Positions 28,901 to 63,100 of a DNA stretch of 64,000 nt are shown one piece after another. This DNA is from Lytechinus pictus (taxonomy: Eukaryota), in NCBI RefSeq assembly GCF_037042905.1, contig NC_087245.1, positions 38,132,001 through 38,196,000 on the forward strand. The letters run 5' to 3'. The translations under genes were made by a program, and so were the position numbers. Each line of letters starts with the position of its first letter. Positions within the stretch are counted from its first letter, which is position 1. The notes beneath the pieces are model-generated. The model saw only the letters and a list, made by a program, of their open reading frames with translations. It did no database searches and had not been told where the DNA came from.

Positions 28901-30971
28901 ATTGAGGCATTTCCCCATTTCTGTACCATTCTACATGTTACACACTGAGGGCCATCACATCACATAGTAATAATAGTGGCCCAACTTTTAGAAGTCAAAA
29001 AGAATCATTTTCAAGCATCATCAGAAATTTAATTGAATAAATCCCAAATTCATGTGACAAGCAGCCATGCAGCCAACGAATAGGAGTGATCCTCCATGAA
29101 ATTGAAAATTAAAATTGAAAAAAGTGAAGAAAAAAATTGAAAATAGTATTGATGTTATAAATCACCATTTTCACATTTTTTTTTTTTAGCCAAGGAAGAA
29201 AAAAAATCACATTTTAAATCAGTGATAATGGATTATTATAATGGCAGTGTGTCCAAAGCATGCAGTCATCGATCCGCATACAATGTACTGTTGAGATCAC
29301 AACAGACTACCGCCAACCAGCAAAACCCCCTGACCTTTTCTCCTTCACATTGGTGGGGTCTGAGTCAGATTCACTTTTCTTGTTTAAAAAAAATGGGCAC
29401 TAATGCAATTTCGCACCAGCCGACTTCAAGAGAATTTCCCCACCAGCAATTCTCTATATCACATTTTAAGTTCAAATTTTCTGAATATCGTGATCAGGAA
29501 CGGCTGTATTTTGGTTTGATCTCGAGGTCATTGTCGAAATCTCATTTAGACATCTCTTCGCTTTGCCGTAGTTTTGGAAAACTAAAATTTAATACGTGAT
29601 TATGAATAATTATCATTATTATAATAATTATTTATAAGCACGTATTAAATTTTAGTATTTGTTAAATAATAATTTTTATTTATAAATTGTTCTTCAAAAC
29701 GGCATTTTGTAACATCGCTAATCGAAGGTACGTCATAACGAAGCGGTTCAAGCTTAAGCATGTCAGACCTATTGTATTTTATAGGGTCAGACCTATTGTA
29801 TTTGCTTTGTTGACAAACGGGTCGAGGGATCTACACCAGATCGGTCTGGTAAGAACCTCTCATTTTTGCCATTCATAGTGAAATAATTTGTGTCCCTTCA
29901 TACCCATTAGGCGTTTGAAGGTTCAAATATCAATAAAATTCACACTTATATAAACTGATTTCACCCTATATGGATTTCCTAGGGAAATCCATCCGGGTGT
30001 GGAGGTCTCGCTTATGCACATATGGGAGGTGGTTCAAGGCTCCATGATGTAGAGGTATATCATGTCAAAATATTAAAAAATATCATCATCATGGAGTCTT
30101 CAAAGTTCAAGGATAACGTTAGAACGGTTAGCCAGGCGGCTTCTAGAGAGTAAAAATCATTTACTAACGTAAGGTCACTCTCATACGAAGTCGAAGCCAG
30201 GCCTTCTATCCCATACAAGACCCACACAATGGAAGCCAAAACCTGAAACTTTCACCCCCGAGATTTCTACTTTCCTTCTAAAAGATCTAGCTCTAAATCA
30301 TGTACATGGGATAAAACTTCATTTCCGACATTTCTACGCTCTCGTTGTTATTTTTAAAACAAGAATTCATCAAATTCAAAAAAATGAAAAAATATTGTGA
30401 AAAGACGGAAGAGACTTGCCCGATGTTTACGCCGCCATCGTGTTTCTTATTGTACTTCCCCGTTACGGACGCGAGCGTCGCGTTTTTTGATGAATTCTTG
30501 TTTTAAAAATAACAACGAGAGCGTAGAAATGTCGGAAATGAAGTTTTATCCCAAAATCATGTAGGCCCTACATGATTTAGAGCTAGGCCTAGATCTTTTA
30601 GAAGGAAAGTAGAAATCTCGGGGGTGAAAGTTTCAGGTTTTGGCTTCCAGTTCCATTGTGTGGGTCTATGGGATAGAAGGCCTGGCTTCGTATGAGAGTG
30701 ACCTTACGTTAGTAGGCCTAAATGATTTTTACTCTCTAGAAGCCGCCTGGCTAAGAACGGTCCGATGTTTGGCTTTGGAAGTTTGGGGGTTTTACTGTAC
30801 ATGGACATGAAAATCAATATGTGGGACTACAATATGGTTTTCGATTCAGATCAAATTAGACGAGCTACCAACAATAATAATTATTTATCTTGAACTTACA
30901 ATATATTGCCTTCTTTTCAGATGTTGAAGAACTGCACACTGGATCTGGTCGTTGCTTACACGTTTCATCAT
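12583..30971 (-). CDS. TAF5L: TAF5-like SAGA/PCAF-complex subunit (NTD2 + WD40), complete gene, 15 coding exons, 605 aa
   Basis: Exons 30971-30900, 28827-28703, 28096-28018, 26912-26834, 25476-25341, 23400-23282, 22038-21789, 20478-20302, 18957-18851, 18259-18066, 17591-17478, 16065-16011, 15370-15248, 14504-14447 and 12712-12583 join in frame (1818 nt), all with GT-AG introns. N-terminus MMKRVSNDQIQCAVLQHLKRRQYI matches vertebrate TAF5L MKRVRTEQIQMAVSCYLKRRQYV as recalled. WD40 repeats GHKYPIWDLDVSP, VDCVKFHPN, APNGKYLASAGED and ELRGHTD; C-terminus CNLLL. Confidence 0.95.
12797..13995. repeat. ~1.2-kb (CTA)n/(TAG)n microsatellite with internal inversions, followed by (GAT)n
   Basis: read directly from the sequence. 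Confidence 0.95.
14447..14504 (-). CDS. TAF5L: TAF5L exon 14
   Basis: GGADCTIRLWDIRQGVKHT then GTGAGT donor. Confidence 0.9.
15248..15370 (-). CDS. TAF5L: TAF5L exon 13
   Basis: GEDRRVRVWDLATGGLMKELRGHTDTVYSLAFNPDSSMLAS. Confidence 0.95.
16011..16065 (-). CDS. TAF5L: TAF5L exon 12
   Basis: SSVLCIAFAPNGKYLASA. Confidence 0.92.
16629..17424 (-). mobile_element. Helentron/DINE-1-like (HINE) element with ~162-bp core tandem repeats
   Basis: inserted in an A/T run; subterminal IR GTCTCGCCTGCAT / ATGCAGGCGAGAC, (GCC)n microsatellite, TGACCTTTGACC-rich core units. Confidence 0.75.
17478..17591 (-). CDS. TAF5L: TAF5L exon 11
   Basis: CVKFHPNCKYVATGSNDKTIRLWDITQGKSVRLLTGHK. Confidence 0.95.
18066..18259 (-). 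CDS. TAF5L: TAF5L exon 10
   Basis: VRAWSMSTFSNVARYRGHKYPIWDLDVSPLG...RTYPVRVLSGHLMDVD. Confidence 0.95.
18851..18957 (-). CDS. TAF5L: TAF5L exon 9
   Basis: LGSECKLLRGHSDTVYSSCFIPETPLLLSASGDAT. Confidence 0.92.
19033..19591. mobile_element. Kolobok/T2-like MITE
   Basis: TTAA|AGGAAAATGAAACCTTTGGAAC...GTTCCAAAGGTTTCATTTCCCT|TTAA. Confidence 0.8.
20302..20478 (-). CDS. TAF5L: TAF5L exon 8
   Basis: LSCVSFSDDSQMLAGGFEDSAVRLWSLTPKKLK (WD40). Confidence 0.93.
20721..20904. mobile_element. small unclassified TIR element with a telomere-like CCCTAA core
   Basis: flanking direct repeat GGCTGAC (20714-20720, 20905-20911); degenerate TIR GACATTTGC / GCAAATATC; internal AACCCTA motifs. Confidence 0.55.
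21025..21292 (+). mobile_element. tRNA-derived SINE inserted in a MITE (~20980-21466)
   Basis: A box TGGTCTAGTGG, B box GGTTCGAATCC, shared family body, (TAT)n tail, short ATTTCG duplication. Confidence 0.8.
21789..22038 (-). CDS. TAF5L: TAF5L exon 7 (Ser-rich linker)
   Basis: VRYSVPTTLQEGG...SSSSSS...LRATIDKVQRGPPSVPSIILYSVLNAYQG. Confidence 0.9.
23282..23400 (-). CDS. TAF5L: TAF5L exon 6
   Basis: DNKCVVEIGDDAVQYLLRFLQSRDNSVLLSIINLHVDIK. Confidence 0.9.
25341..25476 (-). CDS. TAF5L: TAF5L exon 5
   Basis: AHNLYTKHKGCLQYQDSQDTKELMERLSSVQYSIDPLTDPFLAAFR; AG/GT boundaries, phase-consistent. Confidence 0.82.
25876..26081 (-). mobile_element. tRNA-derived SINE, second family
   Basis: TAGCTCAGTCGGTAGAGC...GGGTTCGATTCCC head followed by a non-tRNA body and (CCAA)n tail. 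Confidence 0.75.
26352..26530. mobile_element. Harbinger-like hairpin MITE inserted in a SINE fragment
   Basis: CAG TSD; near-perfect palindrome TGTTTCATAAAGCTGTTC...GAACAGCTTTATGAAACA; related copy ~39048-39200. Confidence 0.75.
26834..26912 (-). CDS. TAF5L: TAF5L exon 4
   Basis: FDLLRLLYPTFAHIYLQMISDGHRVN (NTD2 LLYP motif). Confidence 0.9.
26985..27440. mobile_element. Harbinger-like MITE with internal palindromes
   Basis: TIR GACCCCTGTTACACC / GGTGTAACAGGGTC flanked by TGA/TAA; repeated GTCTTGGGGCGCCCCGAGAC. Confidence 0.7.
28018..28096 (-). CDS. TAF5L: TAF5L exon 3
   Basis: CDQEGDVFEQQFARFRLFIESSVDEYK, resembles TAF5L YEVQFGRLRNFL. Confidence 0.88.
28703..28827 (-). CDS. TAF5L: TAF5L exon 2
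   Basis: cag|DINSESVNRKNLKLTDSLREMASQSSRRKEMGAINSVSCNS|gtgaga; phases fit neighbours. Confidence 0.8.
30129..30753. mobile_element. hAT-like foldback element in TAF5L intron 1
   Basis: 8-bp TSD AGAACGGT (30121-30128, 30754-30761); ~245-bp inverted arms starting TAGCCAGGCGGC around a ~110-bp spacer. Confidence 0.85.
30900..30971 (-). CDS. TAF5L: TAF5L coding exon 1
   Basis: MMKRVSNDQIQCAVLQHLKRRQYI then GTAAGT donor. Confidence 0.9.
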
Positions 30972-31019
30972 GTGTTCATAAGGGCGCAGATTCGACAGAC
31001 ACAAGTCGGCTTCCAAGTT

Positions 31020-31150
31020 ACGCTTCAACTTGACGTGACTTCAAGCAGCAGCGAAGCTGTTCAATGCAATAACGAATACGTACCCGCGCCTCGCCTGGCC
31101 TAGCGCTTGCGCGCGGCGCACGCTCCCGCCTTTACCTTGCCTGGATCAGT
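31020..31150. promoter_or_regulatory. TAF5L CpG-rich proximal promoter
   Basis: CpG-dense patch just upstream of the ATG, with TGACGTGA (CRE-like, 31031) and GCGCTTGCGC (NRF1-like, 31103-31112). Confidence 0.45.
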
Positions 31151-33354
31151 ACGGTACTTTAAAAAAAAATGTTTTTATTGTATTCTCTCAAATCAGAATA
31201 CACATTCCCATTATATAAACAAGTTGTACAAATTATTTGAAACATGATTATAAATTATACAATAAATCCATATACTATATATCAGGCGCGTAGCCATGCA
31301 GGGGAGGGGGGCAGTCGCCCCCCCCCCAAAAAAAAAAAACGTCCCCAAAAAAGAAAAAAAAGAGAGGAGATAAGGAAAAGCGAAGGGAGGAAAGGTAGCT
31401 TTGTGGGTTTTTCTTTTATTATTATTTTTTCCTCAAAAAAGAAACTCCTTCACTCTAGCTTGCTATATATATATCATTGCTTCCGCGCTGCATGTGCGCG
31501 GTTAAATGACAATATTGCAGTTCTCCTTTGTTTCCCTCACCCTTTCTCTAACCCTGTTTTTCCACCTCAGCTATATGTGTTTCTTGCCATTTAAAGTTCA
31601 TATGTATACATTTGGGCATGGAATGAGAGTAATTAAGGTTAGGCCGAAGTATATGAAATTACTTTTTTTTTATTAATCGCGCAACTTCTGGTCGGGTCGG
31701 CTCCGGGGGTCGGCTCCGGGCGGGTGAAATTTTTTTTTTATCAATTTCTGCCGTCACCTCCATATAGGCAACTTCTCCCGCTTTTCAGCTCATTATTAAA
31801 CAACCATAATTTTGGGGCAAACAGGTTCCTAATTTAAAAAGAGGAAGGTATAAAACTCGTGTCGTATTAAATAAAAAAGTACAATATTTTGTAATCAAAT
31901 TCTATTAAACTTCATGTCATTTCCCTGCACATCCATCTCCTGTTCTGTTTTGCGCCCTCAGTTTGAAATTTAATGACACTTAAGTTTCTTATCATTCAAA
32001 GTGAAGCGCATCAGGGTAAGTCAAAGAAATTAGCATCATCCTATTTTATATAATTTCAATAATCACAGAAGTTCTAATTTTTGCGAACTATTTTCCTTAT
32101 AATGAAGTTCAATAATCTTAAAAAATCAATTGAATTAGAGCCGATGGGGGTATTAGAGATATCTGCATTTGATGAAACGTCCGTCCATTGAAATTTTAGA
32201 GTTTCATTGCTCTGCGCGGGGAGCAATATCTCCCTCCCGGCATATATCCTTCTTCTCCTCTGTTTTGCGAGGTAAGATATGCACTGTCGCTAAATTGTTT
32301 GTAGAGAATAGACTTTTCTCGGATCACCCTTTTCTTTGCAAAAAAAAAATGAAAGAAAGAAAGAGAGGGGGAGAGAAAGAAAGAACAAGAAAGAAGAAAT
32401 GATTTTGTGACAATAACTGATATTTAACTTTCAATCCCATATTCTTTCATTTTTTCTTTCTTTTTCAATCTTCATTATATTTTCATAGGGGAGCTTCTGA
32501 TGCGATCTCGATCTCTTCATTTCCCCTTTTCCTTTACAGTAATTCCCCCCTTTTTGCTGGGGGGGGGGGGCAATTCACTCTTGGATACACATACTTTCGC
32601 ACTTGCACTTCTTTTTTATCTTTATTTTTATCTTCTAGCCTTTTGTGGAAAACATGAGTTTTCTTTAAAAAAAGATAAATGTATATTTTCAAAGGCTGTG
32701 CTCTTTACTATTCTCCCCCCTCTCTCCCCCCCTACCTTCATTTAGTTCTTCTCTCCCTTTCAATTTTTGTGCTTCTTTCTCTCTTTTCCCTTCTTTTCTT
32801 GGCCCTCTCCCTTCTTTTTCTCTTTTCCTTTCCATCTTTACCCTCTCCTTTCCATTCCCTTCATCCTTTTTCTCTCCCTCTCTTTCGTCCCACCCTCTCC
32901 TTTTCCCCAATTTGACAAGTCTGTTCTGGTCGTCTTCTGGAGAATGGTTGTTGAAAACACCTGTCAAAACGTCCAGTGTAGTGGTCCTTTTCAGGACCAA
33001 CACCTGCCTACAAAGAAAACATGGAGTACTGTGAAACCTCGATCTACACTCATCAATGCTCAAGAATCTCCCTGCCCCCCCCCCCCCCCCTCGTCACAGT
33101 TTGCTTGCCCCCTCCCACACATACAAGCCAATTTTAAAGGAACAGGGGTCACTTTCACAGAGGGTTACAACTAATAATTTTGGTAACAGGGCTCAGCATC
33201 CAATCACAATGAAGGTTACCATGGTAGTTACAACAATGGCAATGTTGCGATAATTCTTAATTCTTTGTGGAACAGACCCAGATAGATGGTACACCAGCCC
33301 ACACTTACACTGAAACAAACAAAAACCCCATGCAATCAATGACAATGAAACAAT

Positions 33355-33369
33355 TTTATTATCTTTATT
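33355..33369 (-). promoter_or_regulatory. candidate MCM3 polyadenylation signals
   Basis: two AATAAA on the minus strand about 1.7 kb past the stop codon; not provable without transcripts. Confidence 0.35.
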
Positions 33370-35091
33370 TCTTCTTCAAAAGGCCATATACATTCTAACT
33401 ATCATACAATGAAATATTAAGGTACATTTTTTTGCCACAAGGCACTGATTGGGCAATGTGATCTATTTTATGTGCACATCGGATGTGCAATACCTCTAAT
33501 AGAGAGTAGTCAGGTTTCATTATAATAGTAATTGACTTTACATAGAAAATATATCATTTCATAGCTATAATATAATACTTGAGCACCTAGGCAGCCCAGA
33601 TAAATCTCGGGGTAGCAATAACATTATAGGGAGTATGTTTTCAGAACTGAAGCAGCTACCCCGGGTAAATATGAAGTTAATATTTATCATCAAAATATTA
33701 CCGTCTAAGAAATCAAGGTGAAAAATGCCAAGTCCTGCTTTGTTTTTAGTAAGATATAGGAGAAAAGGAACATTAAAACAGGAATATCTTTGCGGTGAGA
33801 AGATAATTACATTTTTCACTCAAATTCCCCCTTACTCCTGAATGTATGTATTCGCTCTTTGGATTATAGAAAATTACCCCAAAATTTTCACAGAATATAG
33901 AAATATTACATCACAATAAAGCTATTTACAGCCAATGGTGGTTACTTTTTATACAAGACTATAACATCGATATGAAATGTACAAATTTTATATACAATAT
34001 GATATAACAATGCATTATGAATCACGAAATGGTCCGTTATCCATATTCACTAATCAAAGTGAACGATTGGCCATTTTCAATCAAATTTGCCACATGCAAT
34101 TCACATAATTGGAGTATTCTTTAAGAATTCTCAACCATATTTTCTACAATTTAATAACATTAGTAATATAATATCAGTTTACATCTTGGAAAAAATTGTT
34201 ACATTTTTGACAGCTGTAAAACTAGGGTTAATGACCAACTCTTTCAAAACTATCCGGGCACTGCAACAATGATTTATTTTCACTTCTTCTACACTGGCCC
34301 GTATTCTGAAGTCAAGTTTAACTGAGGCCATGGTTTGACTCTAGTGATAAAATTACGAGAAGCCAAAAATAAATTTGTTTCCATTGAATATTTCTAATTT
34401 TTATAATGACCAGGATGTGGCATATAACTGTTTTTTGTAAATCAAGCAAATTTTTTTCAGCATTATACTTTTTTTTCTCTTTTGATTCAAACCAACTGTT
34501 TGTTGGGTTGGTCTTGTCTTTTAGGTGAATCTTCAGCTAACATCTGGGCCCTGTCTTACGAAGAGTTACGATTGATCCAATCAGTCATAACTCTATGGAA
34601 ATCCATCAGTGTCATAATTTTTTCTACAGGAAATTTGCACAATATCCTTTGTAAACAAAGAGAAGCACAGTGAAATTTTTAAGAAAACAATGAATGCATG
34701 AATATGCACCATAGTTTGAAAATATTTTGAACAAACATGCATACTAGATGGTGAGGTTTCTTGCCGTCCATAGTTGTGATTGATCGGATCAATTGCAACT
34801 CTTTATAAGACGGGGCCCGGGAGATAAGTGTAGAGCAGTTGTTTCAAGAACCTGAATACAAACATGGCCGAAAGGGCATTCAAGCACACATACATTTTCA
34901 ATTACACTTCATCACAGCTGCTACTCCACACCTATCTATAGTAGGCTAAAGCTATCTCTGTTACTTTAGGAACAGATATAGCACAGATCTAAAATAAGCA
35001 GAATCAGCAAACTCGTCCCTATTTTTATCCCAACTCCTTCAAACTTCTGAATAAGGGAAGATGAAAAACATCACCAAGAAAATGTGACAGA

Positions 35092-57745
<22,654 letters not shown>

Positions 57746-57913
57746 GATTTAGCTCGGAAGTTTCTTTTTAACTGAAGGAAATGTGACAGAAACTAGAAGA
57801 AGTCCACACTTTTCATGCATGTAAACAAAGAATATCTGCGCCAGTGCAGTGTACATGCAGTTTAAATGCCCGATCTTTATGCACAAAACACACGAACGTG
57901 CATCGCACACAAT

Positions 57914-57986
57914 TTTCGCGCCACGATCAACATGTGATTGATCAACCCGCGGGACCTTTAACTAATTCTAGTTCACTGATTGGCTA
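57914..57986. promoter_or_regulatory. MCM3 proximal promoter: E2F site and CCAAT box
   Basis: TTTCGCGC at 57914-57921, about 170 bp upstream of the ATG, and ctgATTGGct (reverse CCAAT) near 57979. MCM genes are classic E2F targets. Confidence 0.65.
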
Positions 57987-58929
57987 TCTGAATAGACTAG
58001 TCTACAGTCCACAGACTCCTTTGTATCATGATGAAATAAAATGAAATTTCTAGAATTATTACATACCAGCAGTACCAGCTAATACTCGGCCTTTATATCA
58101 TAGGCCACACACGTACACTGATTGAAATGGGCGATTTATGCAAAAAAAATATGTCATGTGTATATATAATAAACCTATATTATTAGCAATTCCATTCAAT
58201 GTCAATGACAGACTTTTACATGAAAAAAAATCATAAGAAAATTGCACCCGTATAGACTTTTACAAATAATGAGGCATGTGTGTGTGGGGGGGGGGGGGGG
58301 GGCACGATGACCCCCTCAAAGTTTCACATGATTTTTCAGAAACGTAAAAAGAAAATATGTAAATTCCTTGCATGTTAACCCCCTATTATATTTTTTCTCT
58401 TATGGTGTAGACTAGAGTCTATGCGCTCTCCTTTTCTGACTTGCTTATATTCTAATTCATTTTAATCTGTTTTGTTTCAGAATACAAGGGATCGCCTTAG
58501 ACAAGCCAATCGTTTATTGCGGATCCCCCACATCCACTATATATCTACCATCCACTATATATATCTGCTATGTAATGTTATTCACTCTTTATCTTTTTAT
58601 GTCTCCTGTATTATATATATATTACATTTCCATCTTTTATTTGCTTTTAGATTTGTTTTTAATGATTTTTTTCTATTTATCATGTGTATTCATATGAATG
58701 TGTATGTATACAATGCATTGTACGTGTTATTTAAAAGTTTTTTATGAGATGTGAAATAAAACTTGAATTGATGGAATTTAACTGAAAATATGCAAATAAT
58801 GTTTTTGTGGATAAATTTGCATATTTGAATCCATAATAATAACTTTAAAAAATAATCGTTTTGGGATTTTTTTCTTGAATTTGTAGTTTCTGCTATAAAG
58901 AGCTCCCGATGGAAAGAAGTGCTCCTGAA

Positions 58930-59357
58930 GGGGGAAGTTCACCCTGACAAAAAGCTTGTTGTAAAATACCATAAAAAATAAGAAGATATTGGTGAAGGTT
59001 TGGGGAAAATCAATCAAAGATCAAGAAAATTATGTAATATAAAATACATGAATTTCAATTTTTTTCATGGTCCATGATGACTAACATTTTTCTTGCAGGA
59101 GATTGAGTGAAATTACTTGTCAGTGGATATACTGAAGGTACAATAAAAAAAAAACAATTTTTGAATTTTTGAGAAAATGATATTTTGTTAGTTTTAATTC
59201 ACTACACATGGGAAATTGCTTGCATATGATGTCACAAATCAATAAAATCCTAACTTCAAATAAGTTTTTTGATCTTTGATGGATTTTCCTTAAACATTCA
59301 CCAATATTACTTTTCTGCTAATTTCTCAATAAACTTTTGCCAGGGTTAACTTTCCCT
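58930..59357. mobile_element. Kolobok/T2-like MITE upstream of MCM3
   Basis: GGGGAAGTTCACCCTGACAAAAAG...CTTTTGCCAGGGTTAACTTTCCCT|TTAA. Confidence 0.65.
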
Positions 59358-59440
59358 TTAAATTACAAGGATAATTTTAATTGAAGGTTCTCATTAAGAT
59401 GCAAGGTAAGTGGGACGTCTCATTCAATCATAGACAGAAT

Positions 59441-59749
59441 GGCCAGTATTCTGAAGTCAGGTTTAACTTAGACCATGGTCTAACTCTGCTAAAATTATGG
59501 GAAGCCAAAAGTGTCAAAATTTTTATTAAGTTGTATGCATCTTATATTTACTGTGCTCTTTCCTTATTCTTCAATGGTGAAGACAATCATCTATTTATAT
59601 TTCCTAGACAATTATGAATGATTTGACAGCCAAATGAGCTGGAATATGATATCTCTACTCTTAGCGATTTATTTAGCAATTGGCTATCCATACTTAAACC
59701 ACAACTTTAAACCTGAGTTTGAGTTAAACCCGACTTCAGAATACGGGCC
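59441..59749. mobile_element. Harbinger-like MITE
   Basis: AAT TSD; inverted copy of 9794-10104. Confidence 0.75.
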
Positions 59750-59934
59750 AATCACTTTAAATGTTAATAGGTTCATGGTGAAACACACACTACTGGGTCA
59801 CATTGCACGATGGGAACTCTGCCATCCAATAAGCCTGTTCACGGTTGTAAACTGCGCACGAGCAGAAAAAGGTCATTGGAGACAACCATGAAGGTGGCTT
59901 TCAAATTCACTGACATAGGCATTATTTGATGATT

Positions 59935-60180
59935 AATAATAATAATAATAATAATAGTTGGATTTATAAAGCGCTTTTTGCCAGAGGATACAAAGCACTG
60001 CTATTATTACCCCGGCTTTAGCTCGAGCTACCATCACCGGCGCTCAGTGCATGCAAGGAATTACTCCTGCCGGGTACCCATTCACCTCACCTGGGTCGAG
60101 TGCAGCACAGTGTGGATAAATTTCTTGCTGAAGGAAAATACGCCATGGCTACGATTCAAACACACGACCCTCTGTTTCAA
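59935..60180 (-). mobile_element. tRNA-derived SINE (5'-truncated)
   Basis: GGGTACCCATTCACCTCACCTGGGTCGAGTGCAGCAC body on + strand, (AAT)n tail. Confidence 0.75.
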
Positions 60181-63100
60181 ATTATTCATATATTCCTTTC
60201 AAAATATTTATCACATCCAAGCTGAAGAGTAATAAATAGAGCCTTCATAATCACTGGTATTTGACAGTAGCCTACACAATAGTCAAATGTACCAAAGGCA
60301 GACAATAAAACAGATTTCCAAACTTTATCCCTGATGTACTATTCTAGTCACCTGGTCTATATAATGCCTTTTGTTCTTAGAATTTGAATACTCTACCAGT
60401 AAAGCTTACGCAGCATCTACATTTGAAAATGATAGTGCTTATCCTAATGAAAAATCACAAAGGTCATTTGAAAAAAGTTGATCATGAGCTAACCGTGAAC
60501 TGGCTTATTGTAACTACCATGGCAACAATACCCAACAGCCAATAAGAATCAAGAATTCAAACAGAGTTACCATTAGATGGCAAAATTATCATAATACCTA
60601 TATTTATGGAACAGGGTCCTGGCAATTGCTCCATATTGCTTCTGCAATCTACAACATGCCAAGAAATTAAATACAGACACAAGTCATGTTCAGATGATTT
60701 TTTTAACACACTCTTTTATTACTTTTCTTACATGTTGTACAAAGAGAAAGAAAAAAATGAGTATGTTCCTCGCTTTACAATGTGTACAGCTTATATAAGA
60801 TACACTCCAATCTGAAGTGCCTACCTACTGGTTGGGGTGACTTAATAATACTGCTAATCACTTTCCCATTCACCAATTCAGTCAAGTTAAGAAACAAAAA
60901 TCAACAATTGACAATGTACTATGCACAAACAATTTTTTTTTACAATCACCATTCAATAGGCAGGCGCACCAAAAAATAGTGATAATATGCAATGATAGAA
61001 TAATAAAAATCCATGAAAAAGAGATATTCACATAAAAATATTTAAAACAAGACATTTCTATTTTTCATGCAGGCAATTTTACACAAAATGACATGCACAC
61101 GATATGGCTTGACCAAACATTGATGAAGGGAAAGAGAATAATAAATCAAGATTGTAAATTCAGAATATCCAAGAAAGAAATTGACTAAATCTATACAAAT
61201 GAACAAATTTCCATGAGAATTTATCAACTACTATTTTTTCAACATCAATGGTATATGGTTTGATTCCTTCAAGACATTTTATAATTGACAGCTAGAAACT
61301 TTCATAGCAAGTCAACCAACCATTTTTGTAAAGCTCACTTTCAGACATTTTCCCCCTTGGATGCTAACTTCTTGTGTCTAATTTTCATTTTTGTTTATTT
61401 GACAAGAACAAAGAAATCAGTAATAAAAATCTGCAATCTGCTTTTTTTTTTATCCCAAAAGAAACCTTACATACCAACTTGAAGTAACAATCATAACGAT
61501 GTATACTTGGAAAGCTGGTTTTCTACAAATGACTTATTTTATTTGTTTCCACAGTTTTGTTTGCTTTCAATTAAACAATCTCAAAAAGCTTGTACCTTAG
61601 GACAAAAAAAGTTTACAATCATCTACTTTACAAACGGATGAATACACTCGACTTCGGACCAATACACAAATATCATTCAGAAAAGTACAACATATATAGA
61701 GGGCCAATTCTATTTCACAATTTTGTGTACATGAGGAGGGATGTAAAACATAAACATTTGTACAGAAATAAAACAAATAAAGTGTTCTCTGAAATTTACA
61801 CTTGCTACTGTACAAATGTACACTTTTTTCATAATAGGGAACATTTCCTGTGCTAGTTATCTTTCTTTTGGACAAAATCTACATCAAAATTACAAATCCA
61901 TATATGGATAAATACATAATACATGATCACACCAAAAAATGCTACCATATTGATATTCTGTTCACAATTCTAAAACTGAAATAAACCAATTCATTTTCTT
62001 CTTTTTGAAATAAATTAAAATGGACAAAATACATCACATTCGGCCTTTACACATTCCCCTTTATACACGGGCAACACTTGTAAATTCAAACAAATTATCC
62101 AATATAAAATTGCGTGCAGTATAAAATGATCTGAAAAAATTGCAGTAAATTCCCTCGTCATAGAGCGTTTAATAATCATAATTTATGAGAATATACAAAA
62201 TGCCATGATGAAAGGTGGCCGCTATGACAGACAAATCTGCACAGAACCCTCTACTTACATAATTGCCATCATTTTGGAAAATGAATTGTAATATTCAATA
62301 GTATCACGGACTACTGCATTTCCTTTATCTTACATAATTTACATGCTCCATAAGCACAATTCAGTTTCATATTACAAGAGATCTTTAGATTTGGCTCATG
62401 GTTGAAGACTTGCACAAAGGAAGAATAAAAAATAATTACAATGCAAAGCTGCTTTCCAGTCTTGTTTTTTTTTTCTTTACAAAAATTTCAAAATGAGGAA
62501 CGCCAGTAAAAGTTAATCAACTTTCCGGGAAAATAAGACGTTCAAAACCCTAATATTTTCATCAGTTGCGTAATAATCTATATGTACAAGTGGGTCAGTC
62601 TCTTTAAATCCAAAATCAGAGTTTCTGTACATTCTCTACACAAATTTCAAGTGAGTCGATAAAGTCTTTGTCTTTTATACAACATTTGTCAAGGGAAGTG
62701 TAAACCGGGAGCGAGTATGCCTTTACATTTAATTACAAAATAATTACACAAATGAAAAACTATACTTTGTAATCTGGAAATAAAGTCTTATTTACATATT
62801 GACCTCTGTGTGTTGATGTACACGGTCATACATGATGTTAGTCATTTTCGTATCATTTTGGTCTCTAATACTTACACCCTTCAAAAATGGGTTAAGAACA
62901 TTATTTTCCATCAGAACACTATGCACAGAGCAGCAAGTCATTCTCGTATGAAGAATCACATTTTACCGGTTTCTTTACAATAAAAAAAGGTGTAAGAAAG
63001 CTTTTACAATTTGTCCCTTTTTTACATTATGTCACAAGTCCAACATCTTTAGTGGAGATTATGTGCAAGTAATCTTTGTAATTTACAAATTCTATAAACT

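Noticed and set aside
12583..30971. alternative identification as TAF5 (TFIID)
   Set aside because: The MKRV...LKRRQY N-terminus, ~600-aa length and CNLLL C-terminus fit TAF5L rather than the longer TAF5.
32330..33110. long ORFs and purine/pyrimidine tracts between TAF5L and MCM3
   Set aside because: Low-complexity sequence with no splice-consistent coding signal; element boundaries could not be defined.
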